Assembly (NCBI GenBank): GCA_963768305.1
Contig: CAVYHE010000008.1
Coordinates: 16,565-80,564 of the forward strand
Length of the DNA: 64,000 bases
Origin: an uncultured bacterium
Lineage (GTDB): Bacteria; Margulisbacteria; WOR-1; CAVSGV01
Direction: 5' to 3'
The position numbers were made by a program, and so were the translations under genes. The stretch's first letter is position 1. Each line of letters opens with the position of its first letter. The notes under the pieces were generated by a model. It searched no databases, was not told where the DNA came from, and saw only the letters and a list, made by a program, of their open reading frames with translations. Positions 33,429-44,633 of this stretch are shown here, piece by piece.

Positions 33429-34517
33429 TTACTTGAAATCCTTTACTGACTTGATGAATTCGTCGAACAGTCCTGATGAATCATGCGGTCCCGGAGAAGC
33501 CTCCGGATGATACTGCACGGAGAACAACGGGAATTTTTATGGCGCATGCCTTCAATGGTGTTGTCATTGAGATTTATGTGCGTGACTTCGATCTTCTTTT
33601 TATCAAGGGTCTTAATGTCAACATTGAAGTTGTGGTTCTGGACGGTTATCGCGACTTTCTTTGTCCTGACATTCTGGACAGGATGGTTCGCCCCGTGGTG
33701 GCCAAACTTCAGTTTGTACGTCTTTCCGCCAAGAGCCAGACCTAATATCTGGTGCCCGAGGCATATCCCGAACAGCGGGACTTTACCGATCAATTTCTTG
33801 ACAGTATTTATCACGTACGGCACGCCTTCGGGATCGCCGGGGCCGTTAGAAATAAGCATCCCGTCGGGTTTGAGGGCTAATATTTCTTCGGCAGTCGTCT
33901 TCGCAGGGACTACTTCAACTTTGCAATTCCTTTCCGCAAGCATCCTTAATGAGTTAAATTTTATCCCGCAGTCCAGGACGACTACTTTATATTTACCTTT
34001 TTTATTCCATGAATATTTTTTCCTGCAAGTCACTTCCTTGACCATGTCGATGCCGACGATGCCCGGGGAATTTTTGGCTTTTTTGACGAGCCTTTTCAGA
34101 TCGTGATCTGATGGTGGACATGACCGCTTTTTTTGACCCGTGATCGCGCAGATGTTTTGTGAGCGCCCTGGTATCGATCCCCTCAATTGCGACAATGCCG
34201 TTATCTTTCAGGTATTGCCGAAGCGATGAACTGGCCCGCCAGTTGGATGTGACGCGGCTGCATTCTTTCATTATGAAACCCTCCACCCACGGGCGGCGTG
34301 ATTCGACGTCAGCTTTATTCACGCCGTAATTGCCGATTAGAGGGTATGTCATTGTTACCATCTGGCCTTTATATGAGGGATCGGTAAGGACTTCCTGGTA
34401 GCCGGTCATTGAGGTATTGAAAACGACTTCGCCGAAGGATTCGCCGGGTGAACCGCAAGCCAAGCCTTCGAATATCAAACCGTCTTCAAGCGCGAGAATG
34501 CATTTTGTGGTTTTCAA
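33429..34517 (-). CDS. carA: Carbamoyl-phosphate synthase small subunit (frameshifted)
   Basis: [28 protein letters not shown] and [10 protein letters not shown] occur across frames. Confidence 0.93.
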
Positions 34518-34575
34518 TGTCGATCAAAAAGTTATTATGTCACAGGAATGGGCAAGCTTCAAGGATATAAAATTT

Positions 34576-35338
34576 CTATTTTTGAGACTGCATTACGATA
34601 TACGGCGTGTTCAGCCCGCTTTCAAGGCCTTCATAGCGGATGAAATCGTGTGGAGAAGCAACCCTGTACCAGAAATACGTCTTTGGAACGAAAGGCGCGA
34701 AAATGCCGAGAAATCCAAGGTCCGGTATCATCTGGATCTTGTAGCAGTCGATGGTTTTTCCGCCGACATCTACCGGTTCGACGCCCTTATTGACAAGGGT
34801 CATGTTGTAAAAAGCGGGTTCGTCCGTAAGCATGGGGAATACAAAGTCGGCTTTTCCTGTCGAACGGATAGCTCATCAGCGCCAGGCCCAAGCCGTTCTT
34901 GTCCAGTATGCCGTCCTTAAAGTCGAATTCCTTTTTATCGTTCAACAGCTTCGAATAGATCTTTCTTGCCGCCTGATCATAGGTGTTCTCCATCGAAAAT
35001 GTAACAACGCCGTCCTTGTTTTTGAACTCAAGGATCGAATTTTGAGGAACAATCGTTTCATTGTCAAAAAGATATACCGTTTCCTCGTGCCAGGTAAGGT
35101 ATTTCTTGTCATTGCCGTACTGCCCTTCCCCATCTTCGATTATTTTAAGATACTTATGACCATTTAAACTATAGGCGACATCTGAATTCTTGCTGTGCCA
35201 GACATATTTCCCGCTGTCCTTTTCGTAGGTCTTTATTTCAGCCGGCTTTTCGTTGATCGCAGTTATCCTGAATATTTCGGAATAAGCCGCGGATAAAAAG
35301 ATCGAGCAGAAGAACAATATGAGGAATGTTTTTTTCAT
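34576..35338 (-). CDS. Exported beta-rich hypothetical protein (DUF3108-like; frameshift near 34835)
   Basis: Signal peptide; two consecutive ORFs join with one indel. Confidence 0.55.
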
Positions 35339-35758
35339 TTAATTCGTCGGTGCGTCAAAGTCCGGCGGGAACATTCCTTCAAGCTCTATGAAACTGTCGG
35401 CAAAATCTTCGGGAGAAAGCATGGGCTTTTCGGATATGTCGGGGACAAGCTTTATCGTCCTGTCATCGTTTACAAGTTCGAACAAGGTGTTGTCGGCGTC
35501 CTTTATCTTCTTTAGCTTGAGATAACTGAAGCTTCCGACATTGATGTATATGCGGCCGCCCAGGAACAAAGTGGGCTCCTCGGAATTAGAGCAAACCCTC
35601 ATCACATAACCCTTTCCCTTGCTCTCAACTTTTCCGTTTACTATTTCGAAGTATGAGACTTTTCCGAGGTCGCGGACGAGCATAAGCATGTCTTTCTTAT
35701 TGTAGACGATACCGTTATTGACGATGAACTGCATTTTCATCAATTTGTCTTTTCGCAT
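35339..35758 (-). CDS. Conserved hypothetical protein resembling a cyanobacterial family
   Basis: 139-aa ORF with NKKDM...DLGKVSY...IYINVGSFSYL...IKLVP; the family resemblance is from recollection and unverified. Confidence 0.65.
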   Translation of the reverse strand: MRKDKLMKMQFIVNNGIVYNKKDMLMLVRDLGKVSYFEIVNGKVESKGKGYVMRVCSNSEEPTLFLGGRIYINVGSFSYLKLKKIKDADNTLFELVNDDRTIKLVPDISEKPMLSPEDFADSFIELEGMFPPDFDAPTN

Positions 35759-35788
35759 AAGAAGATTATAACAAAGAGGCGGGGGTTT

Positions 35789-36557
35789 TCAACCGATTAA
35801 TTCTTTGATCTTTTCTTTTATGTTCCCGCTCTTGAGGATAGCCTCGCCGATAAGGACTGCGTTCACGCCTGCGCTCTTGAAAAGGTCGATATCTTCCCTG
35901 GTCTTTATCCCGCTTTCCGAAACGATGATCTTATTCTTCAGGTCCGGAACTTCATTGATGATCTTGAGCGTTGTTTTTAGATCGACCTTAAGCGAGTCGA
36001 GGTCCCTGTTGTTTATCCCGATGATCTCTGCCCCCGCCTCGATTGCCAGCACAGCTTCTTTCGCCGAATGGACTTCGACAAGAGCATCCATCCCTAGGTT
36101 CCCCGTGATCCTTATAAGATCTTCAAGCTGTCCCCCGTCCAAAATCCTGACGATCAAAAGTACAGCGTCCGCTCCGGCTAGACGGGATTCGTATATCTGG
36201 GACGCGTCGATGATGAAATCTTTTCGCAATACCGGGAGTTTGACAGCAGCTTTGACATTTTCGATATCATTGATGCTGCCGTGAAAATATTTCGCGTCTG
36301 TCAGAACAGATACTGCCGATGCGCCGGCATTTTCGAAAGATCTAGCGTTCATTTTCGCCGAATATTTCCTGGATATGATTCCGGCTGACGGGGACGCCGC
36401 CTTTGTTTCAGCTATCAGTTTTATGTCCCGCCCGGTCAAAGCTTTTTTGAATCTGCGGACTTTCTCGAGCTTAAAGGGTTTAAGAGGGAGTTTGTAACTT
36501 TTCCTTCAACAGCTCGATCTCTTTTTGCTTCGTTATTATTATCTTATCAAGGATCAT
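35789..36557 (-). CDS. trpC: Indole-3-glycerol phosphate synthase (5' frameshift)
   Basis: MILDKII start overlaps the tsaB stop; IAETKAASPS, LRKDFII, GINNRDL and VSESGI. Confidence 0.92.
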
Positions 36558-37237
36558 TTCTTATGCTCCCTTATGTTGGGCTTGTGCGAATACGTCGGCG
36601 CCAGCGCGATATGATCCTCAATTTCATTTTTTTTCAGTTTTCCCAATCCTATCCTCGCGACATTCACCGCCCACGGCACGACGTTTTTTTCTTCAGCAAA
36701 GAGGATATTATCATTTTTAATGATATTTTTAAGCTCTTTGTCGGCAGCAAGTATCATTTTCCCTTTGACTTTGGATATAACTTCAGCGATTTTATTCATC
36801 TTAACAGTGATGTCCGCCGTCATACGCTTAAGCTCCCCTTTTTTTGATCCCCACAATGAGAAATTATAGTCATCTTTGCAGGCATTCACTGCGACAGCTA
36901 TTGTTCCATTAAAATCGATAAGATTAAAGGCTATCGCTTCCAGGGTTGAAACGGATATTATCGGGACCTTCAATGCTTCCACAAGGCCTTTCGCCGCGGC
37001 AAGCCCTCCGCGAAGCCCGGAATAAGAGCCAGGCCCGGTCGTTACTGCAATGGCATCGATATCTTTAATGGTTAATTTTACTTTTCCGAGGACTTCATGG
37101 ATAAGGATTATCAATTTCTCTGACCGGACGGCCTTTGAAGAAAATGAGCATTCGGCAAGTATCCCGCCGTCCGACGCGATCCCCGCGCCGGAAATACCGG
37201 CCGCGCTGGTTATTCCCAGGACTATTTCGTCTCTCAT
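36554..37237 (-). CDS. tsaB: t6A biosynthesis protein TsaB
   Basis: GPGSYSGLR and VSTLEA; follows tsaE. Confidence 0.88.
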   Translation of the reverse strand: MRDEIVLGITSAAGISGAGIASDGGILAECSFSSKAVRSEKLIILIHEVLGKVKLTIKDIDAIAVTTGPGSYSGLRGGLAAAKGLVEALKVPIISVSTLEAIAFNLIDFNGTIAVAVNACKDDYNFSLWGSKKGELKRMTADITVKMNKIAEVISKVKGKMILAADKELKNIIKNDNILFAEEKNVVPWAVNVARIGLGKLKKNEIEDHIALAPTYSHKPNIREHKK

Positions 37238-37663
37238 CTCCCATCTCCCATCTCTAACCCTTTGATATCGATCTTCCGTTCATTCTCGGAAACTATGTCA
37301 ATATTGATCTCAATCGTTCTTTCCGGAAGCAACGGCCTGATCTTCTCCGCCCATTCTATCACCGTGGCCCCGCCTTTTTCAAAATACTCCTCGATCTCAA
37401 TTCAAGCGCTTCTTCCATCCTGTTTATGCGGTAAAGGTCTACATGATAAAGATTTATCTGTACCTTTGAATTCGTTGATGATGGTGAATGTGGGGCTTGT
37501 GACCCAGTCCTTTATTCCCAGACCTTTGGCGATGCCCTGAACCAATGTGGTCTTTCCCGCCCCGAGACTCCCGCTTAAGCGCGACTATGTCGCCGGGCTT
37601 GAGGCACCTTCCTATGCGCTCGCCCAGGCGGACAGTTTCAGCTCGGCTGTTCGAAGCGATCAC
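37234..37663 (-). CDS. tsaE: t6A biosynthesis ATPase TsaE (frameshifted)
   Basis: [23 protein letters not shown] and IEWAEK occur across frames. Confidence 0.88.
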
Positions 37664-38509
37664 CAGCGCTCGTAGTCGTCAGCAACGCCTTTCTTTATGT
37701 CCTTGAATCCCGGCAGATCATCGTCATATTTGTCGCCGACATCGTTCTTTCTTTCTTCGTATATTTCGATGATCTTTTTTTCCATGACCGGATGGACGGC
37801 ATTCGGCGCTATCTCCGACAGCGGCTTAAGCACAAAAAGCCGTTCGTGAAGGAGCGGATGAGGGACCTGAAGCTTATCGTCGCTGATTATCTGGTCGTCG
37901 TAAAGGAGGATGTCCAGGTCTATTGTCCTGGGCCCCCAGTCCACGTCCCGCTCCCTGCCCAGCGCGTTCTCCGTTTCTTGAAGCACTGAGAGAAGCTTGT
38001 AGGGATCCAGCGTCGTCTTTATCTCCACCGCCGCATTCATGAACTGCGGCTGGTCGGTATTGCCCACGGGTTCCGTTTCATAATTCGAGGATTTCTTTGA
38101 TGACCTTTATGCCTGGCGTTTTTGAAAGAAGGAATATCGCCTGTTCTATGTATTCTTCCCTGTCGCCGACATTCGAGCCGAGCCCGATGAACACTGTATG
38201 AGGGCCTTTCTTGAGCTTCAATTCTTTTTTTACCGGGGCCGGGACCGGTGCCGGAACAGCATTTACGACCGGTTTTTTTGCGGATATTTTAACGATCTTT
38301 TTTGCGATCTTCTTTTTTGCGGCTTTCCTCTTTTTCGCAGTGATCTTTTTCTTAGCGGGCTTCTTTGCTGCTTTTTTGGGCTGCGCCTGCCTCGACTTGC
38401 GCCCGGCAAGGCGGGCCTTTTTCGCCGGTCTTTTCTTTTTCATGGCTTTTCTCCTCCCCCTCAGCACCTTATCCGTCAATTTTCTGAATAAATTCACCAT
38501 CATCATCAT
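37660..38509 (-). CDS. folK: HPPK (FolK) with a long Lys/Ala-rich N-terminal extension (frameshift near 38085)
   Basis: FIGLGSNVGD, YETEP, WGPRTIDLDIL, PHP and RLFVL; follows folP. Confidence 0.9.
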
Positions 38510-39738
38510 TTTTTTGCTCCCTGCTTTCTATATATCGCGTCCGCCATTTTTACGGTCCTTGAAATTTCCGCAACATCATGGACCCTTACCATATCGGCGC
38601 CGCTGGCTATTGCCGAAACCACCGTCGCGGCCGTTCCCTCTGCCCTTTTGTCGGGCGGAAGGTCCAGGATCTTGCCGATGGTCGACTTCCTGGAAGTCCC
38701 TATCAATATGGGACATCCCAGGACTTTTAACTCCTTAAGCCGGCGCAGGATCTCAAGATTATGCTCTACCGTCTTTCCAAAACCGAATCCGGGATCAACT
38801 ATCATCCTGCCGGCCGGAACGCCATTGGTTATAGCAAGAGTTATGCTGTTTTGCAAGCAAGAAATTATGTCCGAAATAAGGTCGTCATATACGGGGTTTT
38901 CCTGCATTGTTCGGGGATTTCCGAGCATGTGCATGAGCACGACCGGCACTTTGCGGCGCGCCGCGACTTTCGCTATTTTTCTGTCGGACCTCAGCGCGGA
39001 TACGTCATTTATCAATGATGCGCCGGCTTTTATCGCCGCTTCAGCGACAACTGATTTTATCGTGTCTATGGATATGACCGCGCCCTTGATCCCTGAAAGT
39101 CCTTTGATGACCGGTATAACCCTTTTGATCTCTTCCGCCGCGCTGACAGGTGCGGCTCCCGGTCTTGTAGACTCCCCGCCGACATCGATAATGTCCGCGC
39201 CGTCCTCGATCATCTTCCTGCCGTGAGCAATGGCATCATTAAAATTAACGAACTTTCCGCCGTCGGAAAATGAATCCGGCGTGACGTTCAATATGCCCAT
39301 GATGTATGTGCGCTTGCCGAAGTCGAATCTTTTCCCGCCTATCATCATCGGCTTGGGCTGCCGGTCATTGTTCATAAGAGCCTCATCGATACGGACGGCC
39401 AATCCTTTCAACCCAAAATATTGTTTCTTGAGTTTTGAAATGAGATCTTTGAACTGCTGCAGCGTCCCGAAAACAAGGACATCGGTTGTCCTGATCGAAT
39501 GGTTAATGGTGCCCATCGCCGTTGCCGCGTCCCCTCCGAAAGAAAGCATATCTTGCTTTATTATGTTCGCCTTGGTCACCGGAACATCTTTGATCTTAAC
39601 TGTCCTGAATTCCCCTTTCGGCAGCATTATTGAAATGCCTTTTTCATGGACCTTCATCCTGCGCATTTCCGCTATCAGACCGTTCTTATCAAGATCAATG
39701 ACCGATATTAAATTATTTTTATCCGATCGTTCTGGCAC
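38506..39738 (-). CDS. folP: Dihydropteroate synthase with N-terminal extension
   Basis: MGILNVTPDSFSDGG, GGESTRPG, DPGFGFGK and SRKS. Confidence 0.95.
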   Translation of the reverse strand: MPERSDKNNLISVIDLDKNGLIAEMRRMKVHEKGISIMLPKGEFRTVKIKDVPVTKANIIKQDMLSFGGDAATAMGTINHSIRTTDVLVFGTLQQFKDLISKLKKQYFGLKGLAVRIDEALMNNDRQPKPMMIGGKRFDFGKRTYIMGILNVTPDSFSDGGKFVNFNDAIAHGRKMIEDGADIIDVGGESTRPGAAPVSAAEEIKRVIPVIKGLSGIKGAVISIDTIKSVVAEAAIKAGASLINDVSALRSDRKIAKVAARRKVPVVLMHMLGNPRTMQENPVYDDLISDIISCLQNSITLAITNGVPAGRMIVDPGFGFGKTVEHNLEILRRLKELKVLGCPILIGTSRKSTIGKILDLPPDKRAEGTAATVVSAIASGADMVRVHDVAEISRTVKMADAIYRKQGAKK

Positions 39739-41108
39739 TTAACCTTACCACCTTTTTTGTATCTTTCGTGACCTTTGCATCCTCCGACATCCTGTAGCCA
39801 ACGACCCATACTATCTTTTTGCCGTCGTCGATGACCGGAATGCTGTCCCTTTTATCTATGTCGACCTTTTCATCAACAAAAATATCCTGAAGCTTTTTCC
39901 GCCCTTTCAGGCCGAGGGGCGAGAATGAATCCCCTGCTCTTCTTCTTCTCACGGTCAAAGGCCCGGATATTTTATCATAATCCAGACAAGCGCGGTTCGG
40001 ATTTTTCGCTTTCAGGTCTGATATCCCTCTCGAAGGCAGCAGATCGGCTTCTATCTCAAAGCCCCTTTCCATATCGCTAACAGTGCCCGGTATCGGAAGC
40101 GTGAAGGCAAAATCCCGGGATATCGATCTTGCCGGTTTAGATCTTGATATCAAGAGCTTTCCCTTTTTTATCAGAACATATGCGCCAGGCAGATCTAGCT
40201 CGGCTGTTTTTTTATCCTCATTGCCGATAATGCTCTGGATATGAACGAAAGAAATATCAGCAAGGTCTTTCCTGACATGTTCTATGGCCATTCTTAACAC
40301 TTCGCCTTTCAAGGACGGGTCGATCACCGAGAATTTTTTTGCGTCCAGGCCGATGCTTTCACCGCTCTTGAGAACGATAATGCCGTCCAGAGCTTTCTTT
40401 GCCTGCTCTTCAATAAAACCATGGACCTTGTTGGCCGAAGCGATCATCTGAAGCAGAAGTTCTTTGATGTTTTTGTTGTTCTTTTCAAGGGCAGGTATGA
40501 GGTCTTTCCTGATCTTGTTCCTCAGATATTTTGTCTCGAAATTGCTCCTGTCGATCCTGGGAGTTATTTTTTCAGCTCTCAGATATTTTTCAATGTCAGC
40601 CCTGTACGATCCGATCAGCGGCCGGATGATCTTACTCCCTGACAGGCGGGATTCCTTCCATGCCTTTCATCCCTGTTCCTCTTACCATTCGCATCAGCAA
40701 AGTTTCGATATTATCGTCCGCGTTATGCGCCACGGCTATCTTATCCGCGCCGAATTTGACCGCCGCTCTTTCGAGGAACTCATATCTTATACGCCTTGCC
40801 GCGTCTTCCAGATTAAGCTTTTTTTGTTTCGCGAACGCCGGGACATCGAACTCCTCGACCGCGATGGGGATATTCAATTTTTTTGCGGTTTTCCGCGCGA
40901 ACGCGGCATCAAGCGCGGCATCCTTTCCTCTTATCATATGATTCAAATGCGCAGCGCATAATTTGATGTTCAATCTGCTCTTTAGCGAATTCAATATGTA
41001 AAGAAGCGCCGTGGAATCCACGCCGCCTGAGAAAGCCACAAGGACTTTATCGCCTTTTTCAAGCATGTGATGATCTTGAATGGTTTGCAGGACTTTATCT
41101 TCGATCAT
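39719..41108 (-). CDS. tilS: tRNA(Ile)-lysidine synthetase (frameshifts near 40640 and 40450)
   Basis: AFSGGVDS, AARRIRY, AHNADDNIET, RNKIR and a TilS_C-like C-terminus. Confidence 0.92.
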
Positions 41109-41121
41109 AAGGAGTTGGGGA

Positions 41122-41460
41122 TCAGAAGTTCTTCTTTGCCAATTCTGTGACATAAGGGATGTCAAAGTAATCGCCGTTATACGCCCTGAAGCCGCAGTAA
41201 AGGGCGTATATCCAGAGCGCGAAAATGAAAATGGATGAAAGCGAATCAAGCAGCGCGAAATATATCCCGACCGAATCCAGGAAATTAAGGAGTACCCTTA
41301 CGCCTATCCACGCTACAAGTATCCCGATCCACATGAACATGGCCTGTGTGCCGTGGTAGCCCACGAACGCGTCCTTCCGTTTTTCGGATAATATAATGTA
41401 TATGGCCGGGAACCCCGCCGCATAAGCGAATCCGGCAAGTATCCTGTCGTCATTTGTCAT
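41122..41460 (-). CDS. DUF4870-like small membrane protein
   Basis: Three TM helices; FVGYHGTQA and AYNGDYFDIPYV patterns. Confidence 0.65.
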   Translation of the reverse strand: MTNDDRILAGFAYAAGFPAIYIILSEKRKDAFVGYHGTQAMFMWIGILVAWIGVRVLLNFLDSVGIYFALLDSLSSIFIFALWIYALYCGFRAYNGDYFDIPYVTELAKKNF

Positions 41461-41492
41461 GTTCGAATACATTTAAATCTCTCCTTTTCCGG

Positions 41493-42071
41493 TTATTTCG
41501 CGGCGATGCCGTTGCCTTCGCTGTTAAGCAGGAGCACGGCGGCGGATATCACCGTTGTCCAGACGCCCCTCTGCCCTATCGCGCTTTGCGTTATGTTCGT
41601 CGTCTTGACTATCTTGTCGGACAATTTCCAGACTTCCTGCCTTTCGTCCCAGGAAGAATCCTCGTCAAAAGGAATGCCCTGCGTCGTCGCCAGCATTTGC
41701 GCGGCAAGATCTTCCGCGTAATCCCCGCATTCTTCGTCGGTCAATCCCAGGCCGTGGTGCTCGCTCAGGTATCCGTAAGCGCTGGGATCCGCAGGAAGCG
41801 CCATGCCTATCGACGCGGAGATCAGCCGATGCGGTTCATTCGTGTCGTTCCTGGACATGACCATGAACGTTATCTGCCCGGGAAGTATCATCTTCAGTCC
41901 GGCTTCTTTCGTGACCAATTTGCAGTTCGGCGGGAAAATGCTGGATACCTGAACAAAGTTCACAGCCTGGATGCCCGCGTCCCTTAAAGCCATCTCAAAA
42001 CTTGAAAGCTTTTCTTTGTGGCGCCCGACGCCTTTTGTCAAAAATAACCTGTCAGGAACGAACAGACTCAA
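41493..42071 (-). CDS. pdaD: Pyruvoyl-dependent arginine decarboxylase
   Basis: [18 protein letters not shown] (Ser-Ser autocleavage site) and YGYLSEHH. Confidence 0.88.
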   Translation of the reverse strand: MSLFVPDRLFLTKGVGRHKEKLSSFEMALRDAGIQAVNFVQVSSIFPPNCKLVTKEAGLKMILPGQITFMVMSRNDTNEPHRLISASIGMALPADPSAYGYLSEHHGLGLTDEECGDYAEDLAAQMLATTQGIPFDEDSSWDERQEVWKLSDKIVKTTNITQSAIGQRGVWTTVISAAVLLLNSEGNGIAAK

Positions 42072-42115
42072 TTATTGACTCTTCTCCTTTTTCCAATTCA
42101 AACTTATAATTTTAC

Positions 42116-42189
42116 TGGCTGGGAGTGGACTCGAACCACCGACCGATCGGGTATGAGCCGATTGCTCTAACCAGCTGAGCTACCCAGCC
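42116..42189 (-). tRNA. tRNA with CAT anticodon, most likely elongator tRNA-Met
   Basis: GGCTGGG acceptor stem with paired 1:72; anticodon arm atcgg-ctCATac-ccgat. Confidence 0.9.
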
Positions 42190-42201
42190 ATTGCATATGA
42201 C

Positions 42202-42800
42202 CTAAGAATACAATATAAATAATGTCGCGATGCCTTCCCTGATGAACTTCACCGCGATGGCCGCGATTATTATCGCCATGACCTTCGCGAATATCATCGA
42301 ACCGGTCTTTCCGATCTTGTCATATATGATATCAGCCCAATATAAGATAACGCCGCTGATGATGAAATTGATCAGGACCGCAAGCAATGTCAGGACCATG
42401 CCGTACATTCCGAGCAGTACAAGCGCGGTCGTTATCGCGCCCGGCCCCACAAGAAGCGGGCAGCCCAGAGGGACGGCCCCGATATCCTGATGTTTTTTCG
42501 CGACCTCGATGATATTGCCCTTTCGTTAAAAGGTTCAACGCGATCACAAGAAGCAATAACCCGCCGGCTATCTTGAAATCGGCCAGGCTTACCCTGAACA
42601 GGTCCAATATGCCGGCGCCGGCAATGGTGAACAAAAGCAACAGAAGGAACGCGATATAAAGCGCTTCCATGAAAGTATCGTGCCTTTGCCTGCGGCTCAT
42701 GCCTTCGGTCAAGCCCACGAATACCGGAAGGTTCCCCAGAGGATCCACGATGATGAACAGCGCGACCACGGCCTGCAAAAGATCGAAAATAAAATTCCAT
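42202..42800 (-). CDS. MarC family membrane protein (frameshifted)
   Basis: LFIIVDPLGNLPVF, FKIAGGLLL, VPLGCPLLVGPGAI and AIAVKFI. Confidence 0.88.
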
Positions 42801-42927
42801 AAGCGTTGGAAATTATACACAAAAGCTGGGCCATTATCAAATTTCCTGAACGCTCGAAATTATTTGAAAACATATTGCATGCATCCATTTCTTTGATACA
42901 ATCCCGTTAAGTTTAAGGAGGATATTT

Positions 42928-43320
42928 ATGGCTGAAAAAGCAAAAGTTCTCGTAGTGGACGACCACAACGGCGTGCTTGAATCGTTCAAGGAAATCTTGA
43001 AGATAAAAGATTACGACGTCGCCGGTTTCCAGTCCGGAAAAGAAGCCATAGAATCCATGAAGACCACGAAATATGATTTCGCTTTTGTCGACCTGAAGAT
43101 GCCGGAAATGGACGGCATAGAGGTCCTGAAAAAGATAAAAGAGATAGATCCCTCGGTGGAGGTCATCATCGTCACCGCTTACGCTTCCGAAGAATCATTC
43201 GCCAACGCGATAACGCTGGGCGCGATGGAATATTTAAGGAAGCCGTTCTTGATGGGAGAGGTTTACGCCCTTGCTGAAAGGGCTCTCAGGAAAAGAAGAG
43301 AAAAAGCTCCGCAGAAATAA
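42928..43320 (+). CDS. Single-domain response regulator receiver
   Basis: VLVVDD, FVDLKMP, VTAY and KPF; AAGGAGG SD. Confidence 0.9.
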   Translation: MAEKAKVLVVDDHNGVLESFKEILKIKDYDVAGFQSGKEAIESMKTTKYDFAFVDLKMPEMDGIEVLKKIKEIDPSVEVIIVTAYASEESFANAITLGAMEYLRKPFLMGEVYALAERALRKRREKAPQK

Positions 43321-44597
43321 TTAATCGATCCCCGCTCTTATTACGCTGTGAATATGCTTGACCACCGGAAGCTTTGCTATTATCTTTAAGCGCGTCTTGA
43401 ACGTCTTTTTCCCTGTTCTCGTGAAGAATAATGACTATCTGCGCGTATCTGCCTTTTGATTCCCTCTGCACCACTTCCTGAATGCTTATTTTTTTCTTTG
43501 AGAAAACCCCCGATATGCGCGCGAGCACGCCGGGATTGTCCGGCGCTTCCAAGCGGATATAATACCTGCTGCGGATATCGCCGATATCCTTAATCTTTAT
43601 TTTCTTTCGCCGGAGGATAATACGGCTCCGCAGCGCAGCATCCGCCCAAGCTTCCCGCTATCTCAATGACATCAGAAAGTACCGCGGAAGCCGTGGGCAG
43701 CCCGCCCGCGCCTTCGCCGTAGAACATCGATTTTCCTACCGCATCGCCTTTAACGAATACCGCGTTGTAATTATCCGAAACTTCCGCGAGCGGATGGCCC
43801 TTTTCCATCAGCGTGGGATGCACTCTAACTTCGATCTTGTCATTTTCAATCTTGATTATCGCCAGAAGCTTTATGACATATCCTATCTCTTTCGCATAAT
43901 CGATATCTTCGGCGGAAATGCCGGATATCCCTTCTTTGTAAATGTCCGCGACATCCACAAAAGAACCGCTGGAGACATAAGCAAGTATCGCCGCTTTATA
44001 CGCCGCGTCGCTTCCGTCGATGTCCATTTTCGGGTCCGCTTCCGCAAAGCCCATTTTCTGCGCCTGTTTCAGCGCGGTTTCAAAGCTGATGCCGTCTTTT
44101 GTCATTTTTGAGAGGATATAATTCGTGGTCCCGTTGACGATGCCGGATATCTCGTTGATCTCGTTCGCCGCGAAACTTTCCCTTATGGCACGAAGTATCG
44201 GTATGCCGCCGCAGACGGAAGCTTCGAAGAGGACCTGAACGCCCGTTTTTTTCGCGGCATCGATTATTTCTTTCCCGTGCTTGGCAATGAGTTCTTTATT
44301 GGAAGTGACAACGTGCTTGCCCGATCTGATGGCGGCAAGAACGAATTGCTTCGCGGGGTTCACTCCGCCGATGGTTTCGATGACGATCGATATCTCGGGA
44401 TCGTTGATGACATCATAGGCGTTTTTTGTGAAAGCCGGTCCCGCAATGCTTCTTTTATCGCGGATATCGGATGCTTTTGCAATTTCAAGCTTTATGCCGG
44501 TCCTGCGGGCGATGAGGGCGGAGTTCTTCTTAAGCACCTTCACGACCGAGGAGCCGACAATTCCCAATCCGATAATGCCTATCTTAACTTTATTCAT
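43321..44597 (-). CDS. hom: Homoserine dehydrogenase with C-terminal ACT domain (3' frameshifts)
   Basis: GLGIVG, FEASVCGGIP, NGTTNYIL, GFAEADP and ACT motif DNPGVLARI. Confidence 0.93.
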
Positions 44598-44633
44598 TGA
44601 TCCTCACTCTTAACTTACAACTAATAACTGATA

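Noticed and set aside
39330-39738. N-terminal extension of FolP
   Set aside because: DHPS proteins of about 400 aa with this extension are, to my knowledge, common in anaerobes.
42116-42189. Assignment of the CAT tRNA as initiator Met or Ile2
   Set aside because: It has a paired G1-C72 and lacks the three consecutive G-C anticodon-stem pairs of initiators; its acceptor stem and CATAC loop fit elongator Met better than Ile2.
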